Assembly: GCA_964544635.1 (NCBI GenBank)
Contig: CAZJCK010000001.1
Location: forward strand, 31,384 to 95,383
Origin: an uncultured Ignavibacteriales bacterium
GTDB lineage: Bacteria > Zixibacteria > MSB-5A5 > GN15 > FEB-12
Direction of reading: 5' to 3'
Length of the DNA: 64,000 nucleotides
The position numbers and the translations under genes are program-made. Positions 9,309-18,976 of the stretch are shown in pieces. The notes under the pieces were generated by a model. It worked only from the letters and a program-made list of their open reading frames with translations, ran no database searches and was not told where the DNA came from. Position 1 is the first letter of the stretch, and every line of letters begins with the position of its first letter.

Positions 9309-10298
9309 TTACGGAACCTCGATGGTGTCGAACACTTTCGTCACGATATCGTCGGAGGTCACTTCTTCGGCCTCGGCTTCATATGTCAGCAACACCCGAT
9401 GGCGCAGCACGTCATGGCCGATCGCCTTGATGTCTTCCGGCGTCACATAGCCGCGACCGCGCAGGAAGGCATGGGCCTTGGCTGCGAGATTCAGGTAGAT
9501 CGTTGCGCGCGGCGACGCCCCGAACGAAATCAGGTCGGCCATGTCGCCAAGACCGTACCTGGACGGTTCGCGCGTCGCAAAGATGATGTTGACGATGTAC
9601 TCTTTTACCTTGTCGTCGATATACACCGAGCGCACGACATCGCGCGCCCGCACGATATCCTCCGGCGCGATCACTTCCTTCACCGTGATCCGTACGTTGC
9701 CGGTGTTGCGCTCCATGATCTCGCGCTCTTCAGCCGGTGTCGGATAGCCGATCTTCAGCATCAGCATGAACCGATCGACCTGCGCCTCAGGCAACGGATA
9801 GGTTCCTTCCTGCTCGATCGGGTTCTGGGTAGCCAGGACGAGGAACGGTTCATCCAGCGGATAGGTCGTATCCGAGATCGTCACCTGGCGCTCCTGCATG
9901 GCTTCGAGCAGCGCCGACTGCACCTTGGCCGGGGCGCGGTTGATTTCGTCGGCCAGAATGATGTTGGCGAAGATCGGGCCTTTCCTGACCGTAAACTGCG
10001 ACGTCTGCGGGTTGTACACCATCGTCCCGATCAAGTCGGCCGGCAACAGGTCGGGGGTGAACTGCAAGCGCTGAAACTTGGCCCGTATTGCATCGGACAA
10101 CGTCTTCACCGACAATGTCTTGGCCAGCCCCGGCACGCCTTCGATCAGGACATGGCCGTTGGCCAGGATGCCGATCAGCAACCGCTCGATCAGGTATTTC
10201 TGGCCGACAATGACCGACGATACCTGCTCGGTCAGCTTGGAAACAAACGAGGCTTCCTCCTCGACCAGTGATTGGATTTTCTGGATGTCGACTTCCAT
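9309..10298 (-). CDS. moxR: MoxR-family AAA+ ATPase
   Basis: Walker A GVPGLAKT, Walker B IILADEINRAPAKVQSALLEAMQE, VLATQNPIEQEGTYPLPEAQVDRF, 329 aa. Confidence 0.9.
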   Translation of the reverse strand: MEVDIQKIQSLVEEEASFVSKLTEQVSSVIVGQKYLIERLLIGILANGHVLIEGVPGLAKTLSVKTLSDAIRAKFQRLQFTPDLLPADLIGTMVYNPQTSQFTVRKGPIFANIILADEINRAPAKVQSALLEAMQERQVTISDTTYPLDEPFLVLATQNPIEQEGTYPLPEAQVDRFMLMLKIGYPTPAEEREIMERNTGNVRITVKEVIAPEDIVRARDVVRSVYIDDKVKEYIVNIIFATREPSRYGLGDMADLISFGASPRATIYLNLAAKAHAFLRGRGYVTPEDIKAIGHDVLRHRVLLTYEAEAEEVTSDDIVTKVFDTIEVP

Positions 10299-10309
10299 CG
10301 CTCCTCCAT

Positions 10310-11206
10310 CTATCTTCCGATGTCGTGTTCTGCTATAAACTTTCGAATCTCTACTTCTAAACGCAAAGTCTCGCCAGGTTCGCCCGTTAACGGGCTGAAT
10401 TTGTCACGCCTGGCCTTAATGACCCAGGTGCCGAGCGCCGCTCGTTCCCCGGCCGATAACTCCGTAACCGTCTCCAGCGCTGCCATCACCTCATCCTCGT
10501 TGGCCCCCGACAGATCGATCGCAAACCGCTCCGATGCATACTCCACCAAAAGTGGGTGCAGCCCGGTCTGGAATTTCTTCAAGTCGCTGCCGGCATCACG
10601 TTTGAGCTGCTCCAGCCTCGCCAGCGCCTGGTCGGCGGGCGAACGCTCGGGAGGTGTCGCCAACTGGCGTTTCCGGCGCAGCAGGAAAAACGCTATCAAG
10701 CCGCCCGCCATGACGATTATGGCGCCGATCAGGATTGCCGCTGTCCAGCTGTCCTCCGACGGCGGCGGTTGCGGCACCGGTTGCGCAATAGTGATCGTCA
10801 TCGGCTCGGTCGTGAGCGTCCCTTCAGCATCATCCGCGGTCGCAATGTAGTCAATAGTCACGGCGTTGATCTGGCCGGCGCCGGACGATTCCGGCACCAG
10901 CGTGTATTGATACAGCTTGCGGGTGATTGCACTGTCGCCGCTGCCGGTGGTGGATATCGAAGACGAAAAGCCGCGCACGCGCAGCCGGTCGAAAGTCGGC
11001 AACAACGGCCTGGGGAAGGCATAGGCTGACTGCGGTCCCGGCCACTCGACGGTGATCTCGAAGCGCACCGAATCCTCGAACGCAATGCGGGTCTCACTGA
11101 CCGTCTGCGATACCTCGATGGCTGCCGCCGGCAACGCCAGCGCAGCCACCAGCAGCACCAATACCGCCGTCACCTGTACCAGTCGCAGATTCACCTGACT
11201 CCTCAT
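10310..11206 (-). CDS. Short BatD-like protein (Ig-like ectodomain + TM + cytoplasmic helical domain), first gene of the Bat-type operon
   Basis: Signal/anchor VTAVLVLLVAALALPAAA, ectodomain VRFEITVEWPGPQSAYAFPRPLLPTF...YQYTLVPESSGAGQINAVTIDY, TM AAILIGAIIVMAGGLIAFFLL + RRKR, helical tail. Same architecture as 6516..7535. Confidence 0.5.
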   Translation of the reverse strand: MRSQVNLRLVQVTAVLVLLVAALALPAAAIEVSQTVSETRIAFEDSVRFEITVEWPGPQSAYAFPRPLLPTFDRLRVRGFSSSISTTGSGDSAITRKLYQYTLVPESSGAGQINAVTIDYIATADDAEGTLTTEPMTITIAQPVPQPPPSEDSWTAAILIGAIIVMAGGLIAFFLLRRKRQLATPPERSPADQALARLEQLKRDAGSDLKKFQTGLHPLLVEYASERFAIDLSGANEDEVMAALETVTELSAGERAALGTWVIKARRDKFSPLTGEPGETLRLEVEIRKFIAEHDIGR

Positions 11207-11404
11207 TTTTGCTGTCGTGCGGTTGGTTGAAGACGGTTGAGGTTATGACGCAACCCGGCCATCGTCAACCTAAAATCCCTCCCCGCCTATGCACGCGGCT
11301 GGCCGGAGTACCTCATTCCGGACAAGCGCCGCGGCGTCGCCGAACAGCATCTAAGTTGTTTTATACTCAATTTTTACGCGAACGTTTCAGGCAATTGCCC
11401 GACC

Positions 11405-12253
11405 TCACTGCCCCACCAGCAGCGCTACCGCTCCCAGCGCCATCGCCACTTTCAGGCCGGTCGAGGCAACCCGCAACATCGTTTTGCTCGGATTCCCCCA
11501 GACGAAAATCAGCAGCGCCAAAAGCGGCAATCCCACGATGTACACCGCCAGAATCTTGTAGTAATCGTTGAACCAGCCATACAGCACCGGAATATACGTG
11601 AGCAGTACCAGGATCAGCGTCAGCACAAGTACCACGGCTACCGACGTCTGCACCCCGATCATCTGCGGCAACGTGCGTACGCCGGCGGCCATGTCCCCGT
11701 CAATGTCCTCGGCATCTTTAATGATCTCCCGGCAGAAATGCAGAAGCAGCGCGAACACGGCCGGTATAAGCGGACCGGGCAGCACCCACGTCAGGTCGGC
11801 ATCGATCGCCAGGCCGCCCGTCAGAAATGTCAGCGCTCCGAGCGCTGCAATCACCAGATTACCAGTGACCGGCAGCCGCTTGAGCTTCAGGTTGTAGGCG
11901 TGAACCAGCAGACTTGCCACCGCCACCACTCCCAGCACGATCAGGTTGACCACCGCCCCCAGCACCAGTGCGGCGATCTGCAGGGCAACCGCCAGCTTGA
12001 GCGCCGACAGGGTATCGATTTCGCCGGTTACCAGCACTCGATCAGGACGGTTGTGCCGGTCGATCTCGATATCGCGCATGTCATTTACAATGTTGCCGGC
12101 GGCGCAGACGAACAGGGTGGCGACGGCTGCCAGGGCGGTGTCGAGAAGGACCGGCTCGAACCAGGTCATCCAGGCACCGATTACCACTCCCACCGCCGCC
12201 AGCAGGCAGTTGGGCGCACGAGTCAGCTTCAGCCATGAGACGGGTTGGGCCAT
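11405..12253 (-). CDS. UbiA-family prenyltransferase (DGGGP-synthase-like size and motifs)
   Basis: First Asp-rich motif NIVNDMRDIEIDRHNRPDR, second KDAEDIDGDMAAGVRTLP, about 8-9 hydrophobic helices, 282 aa. Confidence 0.75.
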   Translation of the reverse strand: MAQPVSWLKLTRAPNCLLAAVGVVIGAWMTWFEPVLLDTALAAVATLFVCAAGNIVNDMRDIEIDRHNRPDRVLVTGEIDTLSALKLAVALQIAALVLGAVVNLIVLGVVAVASLLVHAYNLKLKRLPVTGNLVIAALGALTFLTGGLAIDADLTWVLPGPLIPAVFALLLHFCREIIKDAEDIDGDMAAGVRTLPQMIGVQTSVAVVLVLTLILVLLTYIPVLYGWFNDYYKILAVYIVGLPLLALLIFVWGNPSKTMLRVASTGLKVAMALGAVALLVGQ

Positions 12254-12289
12254 GGTCTACCATAGAGACCGGCATAGACCGCAGTCAAC

Positions 12290-13933
12290 TTATAACCCGG
12301 CTTCCAGTTCGACCGACAACCGCGGCTGATCAAAGTCGGCCTCCGCCGACCAGCCGAGCGACAGCGTGATCGACCGTCCCCCGTTTCGCCCCTGCCCGGT
12401 CAACGACAATCCAAGCCCATACGACTGGAGGTACTGCTCGACCGTTTCCACGCCGCCGCCGGTCGCGGTCCGGCGCTCCGACGTATAGCCGGCATCATAG
12501 AACGCAAACAGGTAGCCGGCATCAAAACGCAGGCGCGGCTCGATGGTCCCGACCGCTGCCCGCAAGACGGCAAACTGCTCATTGCGGTAGCCCCGAATAC
12601 TCCCCGGCCCGCCAACCAGAATCAGTTCCGACAGCGGGGGCAACTGTTCCGATGTCTCCAGACCGTTGTAGCGCACGCCCAACCGTCCGACCAGCGACGA
12701 CACAACCGGCAGATACCAGTCGACCCGAACATCGGTCCTGGTATCGTTGAGGCTGCGGCGCGGTGGCGCCGCCACCAGGGTATCGTCGCGATATACCCGA
12801 TTGGCATACGATATCTGCCAGCGCAGGTCGATGCCGGAACGTGGATTCAGCCGATCATCCAGGCTTTGCCGCGCCACCGTAAAGCCGGCCAGGAACCGTC
12901 GGTATCCCGCCACCGGCCCGCTCGGCTCCACCGTCTTCCAGCCGACGTTCACCCCGACCGAGAAAGACTCGAACAACTGTGACTCGGCAAGCAGATCGAC
13001 CCCAAACTCATAGAAACTGTCACGATAGTCGCGGGTCGCTACCGACAACCCGGCGGTGCCGGTACCGAGCAAAAAGATCGGCTGGCTGTACCCGACCTCG
13101 AACAGGTTGCGTCCCCGCTCACGCCGTTCCGATCGCAGGTCCGCCCGACGGCCGCCACCGAACAGGTTCAGCAGCGCCGCATCGAGAGTCCACACCAGTC
13201 CGGCCGGGTCATCAGGCAGATACCCGGCTGCCCCCTCGATTCGCGCGCTTTGTTTCTCGACAAACCGAAACGCCAGGTCGGCGCCGGTAAATCCCGGCCG
13301 AGGCCTGATATCCAGCGGCGGTACCAAATCAATAAAGGCAAGCTCCGCCGCCTCACGCCGCCAGCGCTCGATGTTCGCCCGGGTCACCACGTCGCCGCTG
13401 TCAATCGAGAGATACCGAGCGATCAGGCTTTCGTCCGTGCGCTCCAGCCCCACAAACGAAACCGACGTCACCCGGAGAACCGGTCCGGGTGTAATTGCCA
13501 CCACCAGACTGATCTGATGGCTGTCGGCGCGAACTGTCCGAACCGACGTTGTTGCATAGTAGTAGCCACTGTCCCGATACGGTTCGAGCACCAGTTCGGT
13601 TGCTTGCTGCACCGTTTCGGGCGTGAACGCCTTGTCGACATCATCAATGAGTACGCGACCGGTCGCATCGACCAGCGAGGTCAGCATTGAGCGCGTCCCG
13701 GCTTCGATCCGCACGCTGTCGCCGGTCACCGCAACATCCGATTCAAGGTAGCCCTCACCTTCAAGCAACAGCACGAGCGAATCGGCAAGGGCATCGTCGC
13801 CCATAACTGCCTCAGCGACTGACCGCAGCGGTCCGGCATTTACCGGCGTCTCACCGACGAACTCAACCGTCCGGGCGCTGCCCACGCCGGACAGCATCAG
13901 GACACTCAGTAGTATGACAACAAGCGGCATCAA
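12290..13933 (-). CDS. Omp85/BamA-TamA family outer-membrane protein (POTRA-like N-half + D15-type barrel)
   Basis: Signal peptide MMPLVVILLSVLMLSGVGSA, POTRA-like V-x-F-x-G segments (RTVEFVGE, VTSVSFVGLERT), and a C-terminal half with alternating beta-strand patterns (GGPGSIRGYRNEQF, LFAFYDAGY). ATGA overlap with the upstream 1079-aa gene. Confidence 0.7.
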   Translation of the reverse strand: MMPLVVILLSVLMLSGVGSARTVEFVGETPVNAGPLRSVAEAVMGDDALADSLVLLLEGEGYLESDVAVTGDSVRIEAGTRSMLTSLVDATGRVLIDDVDKAFTPETVQQATELVLEPYRDSGYYYATTSVRTVRADSHQISLVVAITPGPVLRVTSVSFVGLERTDESLIARYLSIDSGDVVTRANIERWRREAAELAFIDLVPPLDIRPRPGFTGADLAFRFVEKQSARIEGAAGYLPDDPAGLVWTLDAALLNLFGGGRRADLRSERRERGRNLFEVGYSQPIFLLGTGTAGLSVATRDYRDSFYEFGVDLLAESQLFESFSVGVNVGWKTVEPSGPVAGYRRFLAGFTVARQSLDDRLNPRSGIDLRWQISYANRVYRDDTLVAAPPRRSLNDTRTDVRVDWYLPVVSSLVGRLGVRYNGLETSEQLPPLSELILVGGPGSIRGYRNEQFAVLRAAVGTIEPRLRFDAGYLFAFYDAGYTSERRTATGGGVETVEQYLQSYGLGLSLTGQGRNGGRSITLSLGWSAEADFDQPRLSVELEAGL

Positions 13934-16900
13934 AACTGCGCCACCACCTCCCCCCGCGCGGTAATACGCGCCGTGCGATCGTCGGCGTGACGGCCGCTGA
14001 TCCGTAAGCGCGCCCGCAGGTAGTCCCGCAAGTCGCGACGGAAGTCCAGCGACCAGATAGCGCCGCGGCGGCCACTCCGGTTTTCCGTCAGCAGGTACGG
14101 CACGAAGCCGCCCGGGCCGGTAAGATCCTGTGCATACAACTCCAGCGACGAACGCAGCTCTCCCCGCCCGAACAGGCGCAGTCGGCCGGCCAGTTCCCCC
14201 GAAATGATATCCGAACGCAAGCCGGTGGCGGCGTCGGCCCGACGCACATTCCCGCGCAGGCTCACCTCGCCCTGCGCTATTCGCCGACCGGCACGCACAT
14301 TCAGCACAACACCATCGACAATACCGCCACCATTGAAATAGGCGTCCCGATCCGATTCAAACCGCTCGACCCCTTCCTCGAAAAAGAATGCGCCTGCCGC
14401 CTGCTTCAACTGCACGGTGTAGCGTACGTCGTCCTTCAATCGCGGCGTACCGGCCACCTCGCGCAATTCCCGGTCCGACCCGTACGACAGGTTGATCGCC
14501 CAGAAGCGGCCGGTGCGCAGGAGTCGCAACTCGGCGTCGTACCGCCGGACCTGGAACTGGTACGGTTGGTCATCCGACGAATAGAACGGCAGCAGCCATA
14601 ACAGGTCGCGCTCCCCCTCCGGCTTCAACTCTTCCTCGATCGTCGAGTTGAATCGAACCGCCGCCATGCTCCCATACCTGGAGAAGCTGAATCCTTTCTC
14701 TCCCCGTCGGACCAGCGACTCATCAGAGAGAATCTCTTCGACCTGGATGAAATTGCCGTCCGGATCAGGAATGAACCGTCCATCCTCCTCGATAAACTGC
14801 CCCTGGCCCGGATCGACCTCGATATATGCGATCCCCCGCGCATTGCGCGACTCCTCCGACAGCACATACGAGGCGCTGGCATTCAATCGCCGCGCCAGGT
14901 CGTCATACTGAAGATTAAGGCGCGACAGGAAGCTCGACTCATCGGCATTCTCGCGCGTCAGCCATTGGTATGTCAGGATCGTCTGGATGTTCAGGTTACC
15001 GAACCGTCGATCGCCCGACGCGGCAAATCGGTTGCGATCAAGCTCTTCTGACCACGCCGCCGTCAGGGTGTCCTGTACGAATCGCTCGAAGGTGAGTCGA
15101 TTGCCGAAAACGTCAACCCCACTTGTCCATTGCAGGAACCGCGCTCCCGTCTTTGAGCCGGTATAGTGATTGGTACGGTGATCATACGCCGCCCCCGCCA
15201 GCAGCGTGAGCGGTCGCGCAATTCGATAGGCAACGTTGGACGACGCCGTCGCACTGCGGCCACCGGCGCTCTCGCTCGTCAGCTCAGCCTCGGTTGCATC
15301 GACATCGATGGAGACATCAAGCCCCTCATACCCGGCCGTCCTCAGCCCGCCGCCAAATCGAAGTGCACGGAAGCGTCCCGGGTACTGCACGAACCCGAAG
15401 CGGGGCCGGGCCGCCAGCGATGCGACCGGCAGTTGCGCTTCGGCCTGGTGCCACTGCTCGTCGGCATCGAGGCGACTGGTATCCGGCAGCAGGAAGTCAC
15501 GGCGAAAGTCGGCCCGGTTGAACCGCTGCGGTTCATTGAAGCGCCGATCCAGCAGGTGGAAGTTGTAACTCACATGTCCCGGCCGCCCGTTTGACAACCA
15601 GTCGCGCCGATAATCGGCGCGAACGAAATTGCCGCTGTTGTCGTCGTCGTCCATCGCCGACCACAAATTGCGATCGAACCGGCTGTGCCGCCACTCCGCC
15701 GTCAGGCGGCCCAGGGCGTCGTGCCGGTAGGCCGCCCGCGTGGTGACAAACTCGCTCCGCTCCGGTAACGGCACGAAGACGATCGGGGCATAGTCGCCGG
15801 CGCCGACGCCCGCAAACGTATAATTGTTGTCGCCGCGAAAGCGGTAACTCCCTTGCCCCGCGCCCACAAAACTGAACTGCACCGAGTACGCCCCGTTGCC
15901 GCGACCGACAAACACAAAGACCGAATCCGGCAGGCTGTCGCTCACCAAGTCGTAGCTGCCCAAGCTGTCGATACCGATCCCCGACCGCACCGCCGCCATT
16001 GGATCATCTCCCGCCGCTCCCAGCAGCCCCCGATCGACGTCCGACAACTCCCCTGCGACCAGTTCGCTGCGGTCGTCCCCTTCCCGGAGCCATTCGACCT
16101 GCACGATCAGCGACGAATCGCCTGACGCCACCCCGGCGCCGCCGGCAAACAGCTCTTCGCGATACTCATCGGCCGCCGTTTCATAGTCGATCTCGATGCG
16201 ACTGCGACGGTCAATCGGGTGATTGACATTAAATGTTATGCGGCCGGTCGGATAGTCCATGATGTAGTCCTTGTCGCCGCCTCGCTGCAACTGCCGACCG
16301 TCCAGCCAAACCTCTTCCGATCCCGGCACGATTGCGGTCACCTGTGTCCCCTGTGCGACCCGGTACGGCCCCTGCACGCCGTCGCGGCCGACGAACTGGA
16401 CGCGCGCGAATCGACCCTTCGGACGCGCCGCCAGGCCATTCACCGACCATTGCCGCTGTCGAACGTGCACCGTCGCGCCCGACACCCGTCGCTCGTGCCG
16501 CCCCGCCTGTGACAGCGGCGAGGCAATACTGATATCGCCGATTTGCGCGATCACCGACGGTGACCGCAGCTGCAGGTTCACCCGCTCCAGTTCCGACAAG
16601 CGTGAGTTGCTCGTGCCATACGTTGGATCATACCCTCGATCGGTCACCGCCCCGCTGATCTCGACACTTTCCGTCAAGTGGCCGGAAATCCGCAGATCGA
16701 GGGCCTGGTTAAAGTCTGAACCGCCGCCTGTCGTGCTGTTGAACCGAAACGCCTTCGATCCCGTCAAGCTGATATCCGAGAATGCCCCCGGCTGCACCTG
16801 GCCTGTACGGTCTCGGTCTTGCGACGCTTCATCCGGCCGACGTCGCGTGGTCGATTCGACCGATGGAATGTCGACCCCATAACTCCGCTGCAGCCATCGT

Positions 16901-17169
16901 GGCATCGGACGATACACTACGACGACGGTATCTTCCCCCGCCACCGTCAAGCGACCCAGCTCGAAGGCGCCGATCGTATTGTTGAAGGAGTACGCGGTGC
17001 GATCGATCACGGTACCGTTGATCCACACCGAATCGGAATGTTCGATGATGAAATTACTGCCGATGAACAGACGATCGGGCAGGCTTGCGCCCGAGAATTC
17101 GTGCCGCCGCGCCTCAGCCGACCCCGCCCCCAATAACCAGACTGCGATGATGAGTAGACAGGTGCGCAT
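13930..17169 (-). CDS. Large (1079 aa) predicted outer-membrane beta-barrel protein, family not recognised
   Basis: Signal peptide MRTCLLIIAVWLLGAGSAEA. Sequence is rich in alternating R/D/Y/F/G/S strand-like patterns throughout. The C-terminus RGEVVAQF ends in an aromatic residue, like an OMP beta-signal. Confidence 0.45.
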   Translation of the reverse strand: MRTCLLIIAVWLLGAGSAEARRHEFSGASLPDRLFIGSNFIIEHSDSVWINGTVIDRTAYSFNNTIGAFELGRLTVAGEDTVVVVYRPMPRWLQRSYGVDIPSVESTTRRRPDEASQDRDRTGQVQPGAFSDISLTGSKAFRFNSTTGGGSDFNQALDLRISGHLTESVEISGAVTDRGYDPTYGTSNSRLSELERVNLQLRSPSVIAQIGDISIASPLSQAGRHERRVSGATVHVRQRQWSVNGLAARPKGRFARVQFVGRDGVQGPYRVAQGTQVTAIVPGSEEVWLDGRQLQRGGDKDYIMDYPTGRITFNVNHPIDRRSRIEIDYETAADEYREELFAGGAGVASGDSSLIVQVEWLREGDDRSELVAGELSDVDRGLLGAAGDDPMAAVRSGIGIDSLGSYDLVSDSLPDSVFVFVGRGNGAYSVQFSFVGAGQGSYRFRGDNNYTFAGVGAGDYAPIVFVPLPERSEFVTTRAAYRHDALGRLTAEWRHSRFDRNLWSAMDDDDNSGNFVRADYRRDWLSNGRPGHVSYNFHLLDRRFNEPQRFNRADFRRDFLLPDTSRLDADEQWHQAEAQLPVASLAARPRFGFVQYPGRFRALRFGGGLRTAGYEGLDVSIDVDATEAELTSESAGGRSATASSNVAYRIARPLTLLAGAAYDHRTNHYTGSKTGARFLQWTSGVDVFGNRLTFERFVQDTLTAAWSEELDRNRFAASGDRRFGNLNIQTILTYQWLTRENADESSFLSRLNLQYDDLARRLNASASYVLSEESRNARGIAYIEVDPGQGQFIEEDGRFIPDPDGNFIQVEEILSDESLVRRGEKGFSFSRYGSMAAVRFNSTIEEELKPEGERDLLWLLPFYSSDDQPYQFQVRRYDAELRLLRTGRFWAINLSYGSDRELREVAGTPRLKDDVRYTVQLKQAAGAFFFEEGVERFESDRDAYFNGGGIVDGVVLNVRAGRRIAQGEVSLRGNVRRADAATGLRSDIISGELAGRLRLFGRGELRSSLELYAQDLTGPGGFVPYLLTENRSGRRGAIWSLDFRRDLRDYLRARLRISGRHADDRTARITARGEVVAQF

Positions 17170-17190
17170 CGACCGGCTCCATCGACCGGG

Positions 17191-18192
17191 CTATTCGTAC
17201 ACGATGCGACAAAGCAACACCCGGTTGTTGCCGGTATCGACAATCACCAGTCGATCGGTGCCGATTGCGGCCAGGTCCGACGGCTGCTTGAGCGGTTTGT
17301 CCGACCCGGTCAGCATCTTGGGCAGGACCGCCACGATCTCGCCGTAATCGTCGAGCAGGATCAATTCCGCCGTCTCCTGATCGATCAACCAGTAGCCGTC
17401 GCGATTCGCCGTCACCCCGACCGGATAGCCCAATCGGCGATCGCCCAGTTCATCGATGAAATTGCCGTCGAGGTCATACCGCACCAGTCGCCCGTTGTCG
17501 GAGTCGCAGACAACGAAGCGCCGCTGACGGTCGAGGATGATCTTGGTCGGCGACTCCACCTGCCCGCCGGAGTATCCGAAATCCCCGATCAACCGTTGAA
17601 ACTGCCCGGCCTGGTCGAACACGATGATCTCGTTACGCTCCGGGTCGGTCACCCAGGTCTCGCCAAACGACGTCACCGCCGCCGACATCGGATTACCGAA
17701 GCGCAGCGGATCTTCCGGATCGACCAGGCTGATCTGGTCGACATACTCGAGGTGAGAATTGTAACGGGCGACGCGGCGGTTGCCGTAGTCGGCCACCAGA
17801 ATGTTCAGGGCGAAATCAACCGCCAGGTACATCGGACGGTTGAATAGTCCCGTCTGGGCACCGAAGCCGCCGGCATCGTCGAGCACGGCAAACGTCGTAT
17901 CGACCTTCAGCACGCGATGGTTGCGGGTATCGGAAATGTAGAGGCCATCGGCGCCGTCGTACGCCACCCCGGTCGGGCCGCGCAGCGGCGTTTCGATCAG
18001 CCGCCCGACCAGTTCACGCTCCAGAACCAGGGCGGCCGGTATGTTGGCCGGCTGGAGCCTCGTCCCACGTTCCTGCCCGGCCGGCTTTCCGCCACCGGCG
18101 CCGCCGCCACAGGACGCGGCCACAAGTAAGACGGTGAGAATGGCAGGCGCCGCCTTAGAAACGCGCAAACACCGAAACCTGAAGATTTTCAT
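17191..18192 (-). CDS. NHL-repeat (six-bladed beta-propeller) lipoprotein
   Basis: Six NHL-like blades (YISDTRNHRVLKVD, LVADYGNRRVARYN, WVTDPERNEIIVFD, VVCDSDNGRLVRYD, WLIDQETAELILLD, VIVDTGNNRVLLCR). The track start 18291 lies inside the upstream gene. ATG at 18192 gives MKIFRF...ILTVLLVAASCGGG with a lipobox. Confidence 0.75.
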   Translation of the reverse strand: MKIFRFRCLRVSKAAPAILTVLLVAASCGGGAGGGKPAGQERGTRLQPANIPAALVLERELVGRLIETPLRGPTGVAYDGADGLYISDTRNHRVLKVDTTFAVLDDAGGFGAQTGLFNRPMYLAVDFALNILVADYGNRRVARYNSHLEYVDQISLVDPEDPLRFGNPMSAAVTSFGETWVTDPERNEIIVFDQAGQFQRLIGDFGYSGGQVESPTKIILDRQRRFVVCDSDNGRLVRYDLDGNFIDELGDRRLGYPVGVTANRDGYWLIDQETAELILLDDYGEIVAVLPKMLTGSDKPLKQPSDLAAIGTDRLVIVDTGNNRVLLCRIVYE

Positions 18193-18961
18193 ATCCGAGA
18201 AATGGATCAGACGATACCTCGTATCCCCAATACGTCGACTCACCGACGTCGTTGAAGCGGCTGTTGGCACGGCGCACATCCAGCGCCGCATCGATCATTG
18301 AGACCACCCGGTTGACGACCATGCCGAGAATCATGAAGTTGGAGCGACGTTTCAGTTCGTCGCTGTCGTTGCGCAGTTCGCGATAGGCGAGACGCTGCGA
18401 TTCCGACTGCCACTGCCAGCTGAACTGACCGTTGGGATCGTAATACGGGCGATCCCGGTCGGACACGCGCCCGGCGGCATTGTAATCGTGCGTCGAGGTG
18501 TAGAACCCGACCATCTTGCGCGTGAACTCATCCATACCGTCAAGGGCGATGCCGGCATGCTCACCGGCGTAGCGGATGTAGTCATCCTCCTTGTCGTCGG
18601 CCGCCACCCGGAAACCGACGAAACCGGCCCAGAACACTGCTTCCGCCGCCCAGAAGTAGCGCGCCTTCTTCGTATTGCCGACATAATACTCACCCATCCC
18701 CGGCAGCAGGAACGAATAGAGCAACGCCTGGCGCAGGGACTTTCGCTGCGGGCCCGCCGCCGCCGGCTCTTGCACGCCGCCATCCTCGCCGCCGACATCA
18801 AACTCGTCATCATCACTGGCCAACATCCGGTTGGACGCCAGCACCGGGCTGGTCAGATTCATCCGAAACGACTCCTGCACCGGTTGCGACTCCAGGTCGA
18901 TCGCCATCGACGGCGCTGCCAGGAGCAGGATGGATATTGCGACTATCGCTGTATGCTTCAT
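18155..18961 (-). CDS. Secreted/envelope protein with PG(M/L)G(E/Q)xYxGN motif, paralogue of 18977..19903
   Basis: Signal peptide MKHTAIVAISILLLAAPSMA. Motif LLYSFLLPGMGEYYVGNTKKARYFWAAEAVFW. C-terminus LQVSVFARF. DUF5683-like motif by recollection only. Confidence 0.4.
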   Translation of the reverse strand: MKHTAIVAISILLLAAPSMAIDLESQPVQESFRMNLTSPVLASNRMLASDDDEFDVGGEDGGVQEPAAAGPQRKSLRQALLYSFLLPGMGEYYVGNTKKARYFWAAEAVFWAGFVGFRVAADDKEDDYIRYAGEHAGIALDGMDEFTRKMVGFYTSTHDYNAAGRVSDRDRPYYDPNGQFSWQWQSESQRLAYRELRNDSDELKRRSNFMILGMVVNRVVSMIDAALDVRRANSRFNDVGESTYWGYEVSSDPFLGYENLQVSVFARF

Positions 18962-18976
18962 GCTTTCCCGATGCTC

